Part shown: one piece after another, positions 18,115 to 27,478 of the stretch
Layout: every line of letters begins with the position of its first letter
Numbering within the stretch: position 1 is the first letter of the stretch
From: Candidatus Marinacidobacterium sp.
GTDB lineage: Bacteria > Acidobacteriota > Vicinamibacteria > Marinacidobacterales > Marinacidobacteraceae
NCBI GenBank assembly: GCA_965204755.1
Contig: OZ242011.1
Location: forward strand, 224,001-288,000
Length of the DNA stretch: 64,000 nt
Direction: 5' to 3'
Position numbers and translations under genes: made by a program
Notes under the pieces: model-generated
Databases searched by the model: none
What the model saw: the letters and a program-made list of their open reading frames with translations, nothing else
What the model was told of the DNA's origin: nothing

Positions 18115-20982
18115 ATGAAGACCGTCCGCAAACTCATCGAGGTGGCCCTGCCCCTCGATGCCATCAACAAGGCGGCGGCGCGGGAGAAGTCCATCCGCCA
18201 CGGGCATCCGAGCACGCTGCATCTCTGGTGGGCGCGGCGGCCGCTGGCGGCGGCGCGGGCGGTGCTCTTCGGACAACTCGTGGACGACCCGTCGGCGCGG
18301 CCCAAGTTGTTTCCGACGAAGGCGGAGCAGGACGGGGAGCGCGAGCGGTTGTTCGGGATTCTCCGTGAACTCGTGAAGTGGGAGAACACGACGAACGAAG
18401 CGTTGCTGGATGTGGCGCGGGAGGAGATCCGGGAGAGTTGGCGGAGGACCTGCGCGGACAACGCCGACCATTCGCGGGCGGCGGAACTCTTCGACCCTGA
18501 GCGGTTGCCCGCGTTCCACGACCCGTTCGCCGGGGGCGGGGCGATCCCGCTGGAGGCCCAACGGCTCGGCCTCGAGGCCCACGCGAGCGACCTGAACCCG
18601 GTCGCGGTGCTCATCAACAAGGCGATGATCGAGATTCCGCCGAAGTTCGCCGGGCGGCCGCCGGTGAACCCGGAGTCCCGGAAGGCCGCGCTGACCACGA
18701 AGGATTGGAAGGGTGCGGCAGGGCTCGCCGAGGATGTGCGGTTCTACGGGCAGTGGATGCGCGACGAAGCAGAGCGGCGCATAGGTCATCTCTACCCGAA
18801 GGTGCTGGTCACTGATGAGATGGCGGCGGAGCGCCCCGACCTGGAACCCTATGCGGGCCGGGAGTTGACCGTGATCGCTTGGCTGTGGGCGCGGACCGTC
18901 CGAAGTCCGAACCCGGCGTTCGCCGATGTCGAGGTCCCGCTCGTCTCCAACTTCCTGCTCTCCACGAAGAAGGGCAAGGAGGCGTGGGTCGAGCCGGTGA
19001 TCGAGAGCAAGGACTACCGGTTCGAGGTCCGCGTCGGGCCGCCGCCGGATGTCGAGGCAGCCAAGAAGGGAACCAAGATCGGTCGAGGCAATTTCCGCTG
19101 TCTCCTGTCCGGCAGCCCCGTGCCTTACTCGTACATCGACGACGAAGCCAATGCCGGGCGCATGGGCGTTCGTCTGCTGGCCATCGTGGCGGCGGGGGAT
19201 CGCCGGCGCATTTTTCTCTCGCCCGACTCGGAGCCCGAGACGGTTGCCCACAGCGCGTACCCCTCCTGGAAGCCCGAACTACCCAGTCGCGGCACTTGGG
19301 CGAGCAACGCTCAGGGACGCCGCTACGGCTTCCACACCTTCGGCGACTACTTCACACCCCGACAGTTGACGGCGCTGACGACTTTCGCCGATTTGGTGGG
19401 CCGGGCCCGCGAGAAGGCCCATCGGGACGCGATCGCCGCGGAGCGAAGCGCGGACGGCGCCGATGTGCGCCCACTGCGTGAAGGCGGCTCCGGCCCCGCC
19501 GCCTACGCCGACGCCGTGTCGGTGTACCTCGGGATCGCCTTGAGTCGGCTGACGGATATCTGTAACGCGCTCTGTCGGTGGAAGGAAAGCATGACGCAGG
19601 TCGTGGGCCTGTTCGGCCGACAGGCTATACCGATGGTTTGGGACTTCGCCGAGAACAATGTGTTCGCCGGTGCTGCCGGCGATTACCAGGTCAGCCTCGG
19701 GAACATGTTGAAGGCCGTAGGTCGCCTTCCCGAAGCCTCCGACGGAGTGGCCCGACAACAAGACTCCCGGAATCAGGAGGTGAGCGCGGGCAAGATCGTC
19801 TCTACGGATCCGCCCTACTACGACAACATCGGATACGCCGATCTCTCCGACTTCTTCTATGTCTGGATGCGCCGCTCACTGCAGACAGCGTACCCGGACT
19901 TGTTCGCCACACTGGCGGTTCCGAAGCGCGAAGAACTAGTCGCGACACCATACCGACATGGGAACCGGGCCAGTGGAATGGAGTTCTTTCTCACGGGAAT
20001 GAGTTGCGCCATGCGCCAGTTGGCCGAGCAAGTGCACCCGGACCTTCCGGTGACCATCTACTATGCCTTCAAGCAATCCGAGACCAGTGACGAGGGTGGG
20101 ACGACGAGTACTGGTTGGGAAACGTTTCTCAACGCTCTCATTCGCTCCGGTTTCTCGGTTACCGGCACTTGGCCGATGCGAACTGAGATGGCGACCCGCC
20201 AAGTAGGAAGAGAAACCAACGCACTTGCGTCCAGCATCGTATTGGTCTGCCGACGCCGATCAACACGGGCGTCCGCTGCGCGGCGGCAGTTCGTCGACGC
20301 ACTGACGCGGGAACTGCCACCCGCGATCGTTGCCCTCCAGAGAGCCGGTATTGCCCCTGTGGACATGGCGCAGGCCGCCATCGGACCGGGCATGGCCGCG
20401 TTCACTCGGAGAGCGCCAGTGCTACACGCCGACGGCAGCGCACTCACCGTGAAAGAGGCGCTGGCGCTCATCAACCAGGTGCTCGACGAGACCTTGGCCG
20501 AGCAGGAAGGCGAGTTCGACGCGGACACGCGATGGGCGTTGGCTTGGTTCGACCAGTACCACTTCGACGAGGCCGACTTCGGGATCGCCGAGACGCTGTC
20601 CAAGGCGAAGAACACCAGCGTCGAAGGTGTGGTCGAGGCCGGAATCCTCCGGGCGAGCCGCGGCCGGGTGCGCCTGCTCAAGCCCGAGGAACTGCCCGAC
20701 GACTGGAACCCCGCCACCGACCGGCGGCTGACCGTGTGGGAGATGGTGCATCACTTGATCCGCGTGCTCGACGCCGAGGGAGAGGCGGCCGCCGCGCAAC
20801 TGCTGCGGAGGATCGGCGGACCCGGCGAGACCGCCCGGGCTCTCGCCCACCGGCTCTACGCCATCTGCGACCGCCAGAAGCGACCGGCCGACGCCCTGCG
20901 CTACAACACGCTGGTTCGCTCCTGGCCGGAACTGAAGAGACTGGCCGAACACGACGAGGGGCGGCCGCAACCGCTCCTGTAA
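18115..20982 (+). CDS. DUF1156-domain adenine-specific DNA methyltransferase
   Basis: RKLIEVALPL, HLWWARRPLAAARA, DPFAGGGAIPLEA (SAM binding), STDPPYYDNI (N6-adenine catalytic motif) and NALASSIVLVCR. Confidence 0.92.
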   Translation: MKTVRKLIEVALPLDAINKAAAREKSIRHGHPSTLHLWWARRPLAAARAVLFGQLVDDPSARPKLFPTKAEQDGERERLFGILRELVKWENTTNEALLDVAREEIRESWRRTCADNADHSRAAELFDPERLPAFHDPFAGGGAIPLEAQRLGLEAHASDLNPVAVLINKAMIEIPPKFAGRPPVNPESRKAALTTKDWKGAAGLAEDVRFYGQWMRDEAERRIGHLYPKVLVTDEMAAERPDLEPYAGRELTVIAWLWARTVRSPNPAFADVEVPLVSNFLLSTKKGKEAWVEPVIESKDYRFEVRVGPPPDVEAAKKGTKIGRGNFRCLLSGSPVPYSYIDDEANAGRMGVRLLAIVAAGDRRRIFLSPDSEPETVAHSAYPSWKPELPSRGTWASNAQGRRYGFHTFGDYFTPRQLTALTTFADLVGRAREKAHRDAIAAERSADGADVRPLREGGSGPAAYADAVSVYLGIALSRLTDICNALCRWKESMTQVVGLFGRQAIPMVWDFAENNVFAGAAGDYQVSLGNMLKAVGRLPEASDGVARQQDSRNQEVSAGKIVSTDPPYYDNIGYADLSDFFYVWMRRSLQTAYPDLFATLAVPKREELVATPYRHGNRASGMEFFLTGMSCAMRQLAEQVHPDLPVTIYYAFKQSETSDEGGTTSTGWETFLNALIRSGFSVTGTWPMRTEMATRQVGRETNALASSIVLVCRRRSTRASAARRQFVDALTRELPPAIVALQRAGIAPVDMAQAAIGPGMAAFTRRAPVLHADGSALTVKEALALINQVLDETLAEQEGEFDADTRWALAWFDQYHFDEADFGIAETLSKAKNTSVEGVVEAGILRASRGRVRLLKPEELPDDWNPATDRRLTVWEMVHHLIRVLDAEGEAAAAQLLRRIGGPGETARALAHRLYAICDRQKRPADALRYNTLVRSWPELKRLAEHDEGRPQPLL

Positions 20983-21535
20983 CACAAACCCGACCCTTCA
21001 GCACCGAAAGCCCCGTGGCGCGCGACACTTGCCGCAGCAGCAATGAAGCCGATCCCGTGGCCGACGATCCGATCCCTCGTAGTCCAGCCGGACCGGGAAG
21101 CCCACCCGCCGGGCCGTCTGCCTTTTGGGAGGAGTCGTTCCGCGACTTCGACGAGATCGCCCGCGGACTGCGGGCGCCGATCGTGGGCGAACTGTCGAAC
21201 CATGGCGTCGCCGTCGAGTTTCCCGGCGCGGGCGAAAGCACCCGACTCACCTTCGCGATCGAGGACGACGGCTCGGTCGCCTGCTGCGACCTCTCGAAGG
21301 ACGACGGCGCCGGCGGCGCTTCCCCACGGTCGACGCCTCCCTGTCCGCCGTCCGGCCCTCCTCCTTCCACCGCGCCGAATTCCTCGCCGAGTGACACCAA
21401 CCCCCCGACGCAGTCGGGAGACACGAAACTTTTTCGCACTCCCGCCCGCGCCGGACGGACCGAGCCCGCTCACCCGGCCCGGCGCGACGGATCGAGCCCC
21501 TTTGCGCGGATCGAACTTCGCGGTGGACCGAGCCC

Positions 21536-21678
21536 CTAAAGACACATGCTTGAGACACATGCCGGCGAAAAACACATGGCTACAGACACATGCCCGGCCG
21601 AGGGACACATGCTAAGGACACAGGCTCATCGGCGAAAAACACCGGCTACGGACACATGGCCGCAAAGACACAGGCTCC
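21536..21678 (+). repeat. Direct-repeat array 1: nine copies of RACACAKG(C)
   Basis: ACAC cores at 21542, 21555, 21572, 21586, 21605, 21618, 21639, 21652 and 21668; spacings 13,17,14,19,13,21,13,16. Confidence 0.85.
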
Positions 21679-21829
21679 GCCGTTCCGGGAAGCGAGCCGG
21701 ACGAGCGCTCGACCGGACGGAACGGCGGATCGAGCCCCTTCGGGTCGTCGCCGAACGGATCGAGCCCCATGACGCCCGCCGGAGCGCACTCTCCGGAGCC
21801 GGTCATCGCCGAGGGCGCGGATTTGACAG

Positions 21830-21854
21830 TAACTCATTGAAAGAAAAGGACTTA
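21830..21854. promoter_or_regulatory. AT-rich IHF-like binding site / imperfect palindrome
   Basis: TAACTCATTGAAAGAAAAGGACTTA; reverse complement of the first half, TTTCAATGAGTTA, is one mismatch from WATCAANNNNTTR. Confidence 0.5.
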
Positions 21855-21860
21855 TGAACC

Positions 21861-21957
21861 AAAAACACATGGTCTCGACCTAAAGACACAGGCTAGAGAC
21901 ACATGCCGGCGAAAAACACATGCTAAAGACACAGGCTTGCCCGAAAGACACAGGCTC
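21861..21957 (+). repeat. Direct-repeat array 2: six copies of RACACAKG(C)
   Basis: ACAC cores at 21865, 21886, 21899, 21916, 21929 and 21948; 21879..21936 is a near-copy of 21535..21593. Confidence 0.85.
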
Positions 21958-22301
21958 CACCGGGGGGCGAGCCGGGTGAGCCCCTTTCGTGAGGTTGCCC
22001 CGCTTTCGTGGACGGGTTGCAGTTTGGGGTCCGCGTCTCGTCCGGCGGCTGCCGGAGGAGCGGACACAGTGACGACGGCCGACTTGGAGGACGCCGCCGC
22101 CGACTTCGAGCCGGACCGGAACGACTGCGGGCAGCCGCTCCCCGGGACCGCCGCCCGGACAACCGGACGGCGCAGAGACGGCCGCCGGGCGCCAAGCGCG
22201 GCTCGCGTCCGGCGGCCGCCGGCCCGCGCGTTCGGCGCGACGGGCGCGGGACACGAAGCCGGCCTCGAAGGGCCGTCAGCGGCCCCGCTCCCGGGGTGGG
22301 A

Positions 22302-22904
22302 TCAGCGAAAGAGCGACCCGGCGGCCACGACCGTGAGCGGCACGATCACGGCCCAGAACCACCGCTGCTGCGACCGCCGGAGACTCTCGAACCCCTTGAG
22401 CATCTCCGCCCGAAGCGCGAGGTTTTGCTCCGAGTTCCGGTCGGTCCGGTCCGAGAGTCGCTCGACGAGGTGTTCGAGCCGGTCCGTACGCTTTTCAAGC
22501 GCGTCCACGCGCTTTTCGAGAACGTCCAGACGGCTTTCGAGCGCGTCCAGACGGCTCTCGATCGCGTCCAGACGGCTGTCGACCCGTGCCAGGTGGCTCT
22601 CGATCGCGTCCAGACGACCGTCGATCCGGACCAAGTGGCTGTCGATCCGGACCAAGTGGGACGCGATGGCGTGGAGCGCGGTGACCACTTCCCGGTCGGC
22701 GCCGGGCGCCGCCTCGCCCTCGGGGCGGTCGGGGGCGGGCAGCGACGGGAGCGGGACGGGATTCCCCACCGCGGGCGCGGGGAGGGGCGCGGAGGCGGCT
22801 TCGGGCGGGGGCGCTCCGGCGTGGCGGTCGGTCATGGCGTCGCGATGAGCGTAGTCCGCGGGGAGGCGGACCGCAAGCGCGGCGCTGGCGGGGTGTTCGG
22901 GCAT
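22302..22904 (-). CDS. Heptad-repeat coiled-coil protein with C-terminal TM anchor (CCDC90/DUF1640-like architecture)
   Basis: AGGAGG RBS before ATG 22904; LVRIDSH/LDAIESR/LDALESR 7-aa repeats; C-terminal WFWAVIVPLTVVAAG. Confidence 0.7.
   Translation of the reverse strand: MPEHPASAALAVRLPADYAHRDAMTDRHAGAPPPEAASAPLPAPAVGNPVPLPSLPAPDRPEGEAAPGADREVVTALHAIASHLVRIDSHLVRIDGRLDAIESHLARVDSRLDAIESRLDALESRLDVLEKRVDALEKRTDRLEHLVERLSDRTDRNSEQNLALRAEMLKGFESLRRSQQRWFWAVIVPLTVVAAGSLFR
22490..22680 (-). repeat. 21-bp tandem repeats encoding the heptads
   Basis: Units such as gcgtccagacggctttcgagc and gtcgatccggaccaagtggct. Confidence 0.75.
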
Positions 22905-23224
22905 CGTCGTCCTCCTGACGAGAGGCGGACTCGGCTCGCCGGCGACGCGCCGGCGAACGGAATCCGCGCGATTCACTCGTTTACTGAACGGATGCGCAAC
23001 GATTTCTGCTCGCGAAAGCGCCGATTTCGCCGAAAATGCGGATAAGTCGCAATCCGCGGGGCGGCCGACCGGCCCGGTGGCCGACAGCGGTTCGACCCGC
23101 CGGCCGCGAGGCGGCGCGTTCGAAGCCCGTTTCCGACGAGCGACGGGAACCGCGGCGCAGCGCCGGGGCCCGGTCGCCAGGCGCCGGAGCGGCGCCGGCC
23201 CGGAGACCGGCGCCGTCCCCGGCC

Positions 23225-25387
23225 CTACTGGGAGTCCGTGGCTTCCGCTTCCTCGTCGGGGTCGAGGAGGCGGACGGCCCAGAGGCCGGAGTTGCGGTCG
23301 GAGAAGAAGATGTGGTCCTTGTGGGGTTGGGCGCCCCAGACCTGGGGGGCGTTCGGGAGGAAGCCCTCCGGGTCGAGCGGGAGGAACCGGGCGATCTCCC
23401 GGCCCTGGCGGTAGAGGTTCCCGAGGAGTTCCCCGGAGACATCCACCACGCGCAGGCCGCCGTTGTAGAACGCCACATACATCACATCGTCCTCGATCCA
23501 GATGTTGTGGCTGCCGGCTTCCGGCACCTCGTAGCGGCCGACCAGGCGCGGCGGCTCTTCGAAGTTCTCGTCCCATTCCAGGATGTGGATCCAGCCGCGC
23601 CAGCGGGTGGGCTCGTTCTCGTAGCCCGGCGTGCCGGTTCCGACTTCGGACATCGGGCTGTACCGGCCGGAGCGGGCCGCTTCGTCGCCGGCGAAGATGT
23701 AGAACTTGCCGGTGGAGACGCTGCGGTAGGGATAGACGGCGTGGTTCCAGCCGGTGGGGAACGGGAACTGCCCGACGAGCACCGGCGCCTGCGGCGTGCC
23801 CCCCTTGCCGCCCCCGCCGACATCCACCACCGCGACGCCGTCGCTCCAGTTGGCGGAGTAGGCGATGCCCTCCACCACCCATACATCGTGGATGGACCGC
23901 GCCGGGTTGTCGAGGGCGAAACTGCCGACCCGGTGCGGAACCGTCGGGTCTTCGATGTTGATGATGTCGAACCGGCGCCCGCCGGAGAGCGCGTACACAT
24001 GGCCGTCGTGGATGAAGGTGTTGTGGACGCCGCCGGTCAACCGGTCGTCGTATTCCGCGAGGCGGCGCACGCCGAGCGCGGGGTCGGACACATCGAGGAT
24101 CACCAGGCCGTTCCGCCGGTTCGACGCGCCTTCCCGTGAAATCACCGCCACCGCGCCATCTTCGGAGATCTTCACATCGTTCACCGTCCGCGCGTCCACC
24201 CGCACGATGTCCACGATCTCGAGGCTCTCCGGTTCGGTGACATCCCAGATGTAGGCGTGTCCGGCGGCGCTGTGCGTCCCGGTGATCGCGTAGTCGCGGC
24301 CGTTCGGCGCTTCCCAGACCCACAGATCGGAAGTCGCCCGGTCCTTGACCCGGCCGTGCCCCACGAGTTCGATGCGGCGCCGGGCGCCGCGCTCGCGCAC
24401 TTCGATCACGGAACTCGCCGAGACGCCGCCGGTGCGGGCGACCACGGTATAGATGCCGGGCAGGTCGGCGACGAACCTCCCGTCGGGGGTGATGAGGCCG
24501 GAGGACGGGCCGCCGACTCCCATGCCGTCGGTGACCGCCGAGACGCTGTAACCGACCGGGGCCTCCTCGACCGGCTGCCCCGAAGCGTCCGTCATCGCCG
24601 CCTCGAAACGCACCACCTCTCCGGTGCGGGCGCGGTCGGCGCTTCCGGTGAGCGTGAGTTCCGCCACCGGGTTCGGCAGGACTTCGATCTCCATCCGGGC
24701 CGTCGCGTCGCCGCTGCTCACGACGAGTTCCGCTTCGCCCGGACGGAGCAGCCTCAGCAGCCCGCGGTCCGTCTCCCGGGCCACCGGCGCCGGACGGGCG
24801 GCGGCGGACGCCACCGACTCGTCGGACACCGACCATTCGAGTTCGAGGTCCTCCACCGGTTCGCCGGCCGTGTCGCTCGCTTCGACGCGCACCGCCGACT
24901 CCGTTCCGGCGAAGAACGGCCCGTCGGCGGTAACGGTCAGCGAAGCGACCGGCCGCGGGCGAATGGTCACCGGGATCCGCTGTTCGAGGTATCCCTCGGC
25001 GTCGAGGTTTCGCGCTGAAGGATCGGGGCCGGTCCCCACGACCCGCACCATGACCGCGAACTCCCCGGCGCGCCGGGTCGAGACCTCGCCCTCGCGGGAG
25101 ACCTTGAAGATGTTGAAGCCCCAGGTGCGGCGCTCCAGGTTCCAGTACTGCCCGTAGAGCGGCAGGTACAGGACTTCCGCGTCCACTTCGGCGCCGTCCT
25201 CGTCGAGGACGGTCGCCTCGATCTGCGCGGTTTCGCCCACGGTGATCTCGATCTCTTCGGGAGAGACGCGCAGCGAGGCCGGCGTCCGCTCCTCCTCCGG
25301 CGCCTGGGCGAACGCGGAAGCAGCGGCGAAGAGACTCGCCGCAAAGAAGGCCGCAAACGCGGCGGAACGATGGCGAAGTCCGGTCAC
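23225..25387 (-). CDS. Secreted protein with Ig-like domains and C-terminal LVIVD-repeat beta-propeller
   Basis: GTG 25387 abutting the ggt stop; signal peptide; VSPEEIEITVGETAQ and WSVSDESVA Ig-like segments; GLVILDVSDP, FDIINIEDP and GGLRVVDVS repeats. Confidence 0.75.
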   Translation of the reverse strand: MTGLRHRSAAFAAFFAASLFAAASAFAQAPEEERTPASLRVSPEEIEITVGETAQIEATVLDEDGAEVDAEVLYLPLYGQYWNLERRTWGFNIFKVSREGEVSTRRAGEFAVMVRVVGTGPDPSARNLDAEGYLEQRIPVTIRPRPVASLTVTADGPFFAGTESAVRVEASDTAGEPVEDLELEWSVSDESVASAAARPAPVARETDRGLLRLLRPGEAELVVSSGDATARMEIEVLPNPVAELTLTGSADRARTGEVVRFEAAMTDASGQPVEEAPVGYSVSAVTDGMGVGGPSSGLITPDGRFVADLPGIYTVVARTGGVSASSVIEVRERGARRRIELVGHGRVKDRATSDLWVWEAPNGRDYAITGTHSAAGHAYIWDVTEPESLEIVDIVRVDARTVNDVKISEDGAVAVISREGASNRRNGLVILDVSDPALGVRRLAEYDDRLTGGVHNTFIHDGHVYALSGGRRFDIINIEDPTVPHRVGSFALDNPARSIHDVWVVEGIAYSANWSDGVAVVDVGGGGKGGTPQAPVLVGQFPFPTGWNHAVYPYRSVSTGKFYIFAGDEAARSGRYSPMSEVGTGTPGYENEPTRWRGWIHILEWDENFEEPPRLVGRYEVPEAGSHNIWIEDDVMYVAFYNGGLRVVDVSGELLGNLYRQGREIARFLPLDPEGFLPNAPQVWGAQPHKDHIFFSDRNSGLWAVRLLDPDEEAEATDSQ

Positions 25388-27330
25388 TACCAGGCCACCC
25401 CGTAGTCCTCTCCGTGCTGGCTCGAGCCGCCCCAGAAGGTTCCGTGGGCGCGGTCGAACCAGATCGCGTTGATGGGCCCCGAGGTCCGGGGCGCGAAGCG
25501 CAGGTCGTAACCCATCGCCGCCAACTCCGAGCGCACCCAGTCGGGCACCGCCTCGTTCAGCAGGAGGGCCCCCGGCTCGCTCTCGTGGGCGCCGAAGGAA
25601 CTGCGCATCTGGTAACTGTTGAAGTTGGCCGCTTCGGCCGCCTGCTGCACATCCATTCCGAACTCCACCACATTCAGGAAGAACTGCAGGAGGTTCTGGT
25701 CCTGACCGTCGCCGCCCTGGACGGCGAACGAGAGGAACGGCTCCCCGTCCCGGAGCGCCAGGCTCGGCGTCAGCGTGGCGCGCGGCCGCTTGCCCGGTTC
25801 GAGCACATTGAACGGGTTGGCCGCTTCGTCGAGCACGAAACTCTGCATCCGCTGGCTCAGGCCGATTCCGGTTTCGCCGGCGAGCACCGCCGGCAGCCAG
25901 CCGCCGCTCGGCGTAACCGAAACCACCCAGCCCTCGGCGTCCGCCGCCTGGATCGAGGTCGTCCCCGCCAGGAAGCCGTCGAGGAACTGCTGCCGTTCTT
26001 CCTCGGTGGTCGGGTGGCCGCCGGTTCCGGAGAACTGCTCGAGGTAGTGCGCGTACGGGTTCTCCCCGCCCTCGAAGGGGTACGGGTCGCCGGGGCCGAT
26101 GGTCGGGTCGTTCCGGTCGGGGAGGATGAGGTCGGCGCGGCTTCGCGCGTAGTCCTTCGAGAGGAGGCCGGCGATCGGCTCCTCCGGCGGGAAGTAGGGG
26201 TCGCCGTAGTAGAAGTCCCGGTCGGCGAAGGCCAGGTTCATCGCCTGGTAGAGCGTGTGGATGTAACGCGAACTGTTGTAGCCCATGCCGGCGAGGTCGA
26301 ACGGCTCCAGGATGTTGAGCGCCTGCAGCAGCACCGGCCCCTGCACCCAGTGGGTCAACTTGTACACCTCGATGCCCTTGTAGTCGGTGGAGACCGGCTC
26401 TTCGAGATGCACCTTCCAGTTGGCCAGGTCCTCGACGGTGATGAGCCCGCCCTGTTCCCGGACGCCGCGCGCGAACTCCTCGGCGATGTCGCCGCGGTAG
26501 AAGCGGTCGTAAGCGGCGTAGATCGCCTCCTTGCGGCTCTTCCCGGCGGCGAGCGCTTCGCGTTCCGCTTCGACGAGGCTGCGGAGGGTCGCGGCGAGTT
26601 CCGGCTGGCGGAAGATTTCGCCGGGAACCGGGCCCCCGGCGTCGAAGGCGCTCGTCGCCGCGTCGTCGCGGTCCCAGTAGTTCCCGCTGCCCAACTCCGC
26701 CGGCGGGCCGCTCCCCGCTTCCGCCCGGTCGCGGTGGGGCAGCAGCGTCCGCCGGGAGTAGGGCCATTCGGCTATGCGGTCGGCGCCGCGCTGGATCGCC
26801 CGGGCGGCGGACGCCTCGATCGGGTAGCCGTCGGCCATCTCGATCGCCGGGGCCAGCACTTCCGCGAGCGGCAGCGTCCCGTACTCGGCGAGCATGGTCA
26901 GCAGGCCGCCCGGCGTGCCGGGAGTGACCGCCGCGAGCGGGCCGAGCGCCGGGGGATAGGCCATCCCCCGCTCGCGGAAGAACTCCGGCGTGGCGCCGGT
27001 GGGGGCGGCGCCGAGCGCGTTCACCCCGATCACCCGCTTCTCGCCGGGGTGCCAGATGAGCGCCTGGGTCTCGCCGCCCCAACTCAGGGCGTCGAACATG
27101 GTGGCGGTCGCCCCGAGCATGGCGCAGGCGGCGTCCACCGCGTTGCCGCCGCGCTGGAAGATGGCCGCGCCGGCGGTGGCGCCGAGCGGCTTGCCGGTGA
27201 TCGCCATCCAGTGCCGGCCGTGGAGGACCGGCTTCTGGGTGCGGGTCTGCGCCGCCGCGCTCGCCGCGGCGAGGGCGAGCAGGAGCGCGAGGAGGAGGGG
27301 GGCCGAGCCCCGAAAGCGGAGTGGATGCAT
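25387..27330 (-). CDS. ggt: Gamma-glutamyltransferase family protein
   Basis: GGNAVDAA, AVTPGTPGG, FRQPELAATL, FYRGDIA, TTSIQAAD (autoprocessing Thr) and PGKRPRATLTP. Confidence 0.9.
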   Translation of the reverse strand: MHPLRFRGSAPLLLALLLALAAASAAAQTRTQKPVLHGRHWMAITGKPLGATAGAAIFQRGGNAVDAACAMLGATATMFDALSWGGETQALIWHPGEKRVIGVNALGAAPTGATPEFFRERGMAYPPALGPLAAVTPGTPGGLLTMLAEYGTLPLAEVLAPAIEMADGYPIEASAARAIQRGADRIAEWPYSRRTLLPHRDRAEAGSGPPAELGSGNYWDRDDAATSAFDAGGPVPGEIFRQPELAATLRSLVEAEREALAAGKSRKEAIYAAYDRFYRGDIAEEFARGVREQGGLITVEDLANWKVHLEEPVSTDYKGIEVYKLTHWVQGPVLLQALNILEPFDLAGMGYNSSRYIHTLYQAMNLAFADRDFYYGDPYFPPEEPIAGLLSKDYARSRADLILPDRNDPTIGPGDPYPFEGGENPYAHYLEQFSGTGGHPTTEEERQQFLDGFLAGTTSIQAADAEGWVVSVTPSGGWLPAVLAGETGIGLSQRMQSFVLDEAANPFNVLEPGKRPRATLTPSLALRDGEPFLSFAVQGGDGQDQNLLQFFLNVVEFGMDVQQAAEAANFNSYQMRSSFGAHESEPGALLLNEAVPDWVRSELAAMGYDLRFAPRTSGPINAIWFDRAHGTFWGGSSQHGEDYGVAW

Positions 27331-27478
27331 CCCCGTATTGTCCCGAAGCGGCGCCGCCTCTCGCAACGACGCCGCCGGGAGCGCCCGCCCTCGACGACCC
27401 GCGACGACCCCCGACGCCCCCGGGGGGGCCGCGAGCCGGGTCGGCGGCCCGCCGAGGCGTCCGGAAGGGCCGCCCGCT

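Larger units (their letters stand above)
21453..21986 (+). repeat. Dispersed GGAYCGAGCCC(C) direct repeats (about 6-7 copies) flanking and separating the ACACA arrays
   Basis: Copies near 21457, 21489, 21525, 21727 and 21757, with degenerate copies near 21508 and 21975. Confidence 0.6.

Noticed and set aside
21546-21857. 103-aa ORF across the repeat array
   Set aside because: Repeat spacings are mostly not multiples of 3, codon usage is atypical and the protein has no recognisable pattern.
21536-21957. CRISPR array interpretation of the ACACA repeats
   Set aside because: Repeats are only about 8-13 bp with 1-9 bp gaps, there are no unique 25-40 bp spacers, and no cas genes are present.
25390-27082. 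N-terminal extension of the 1285-aa ORF 23225..27082
   Set aside because: Alternate frame of ggt, Arg/Gly/Pro-rich; the real gene starts at GTG 25387.
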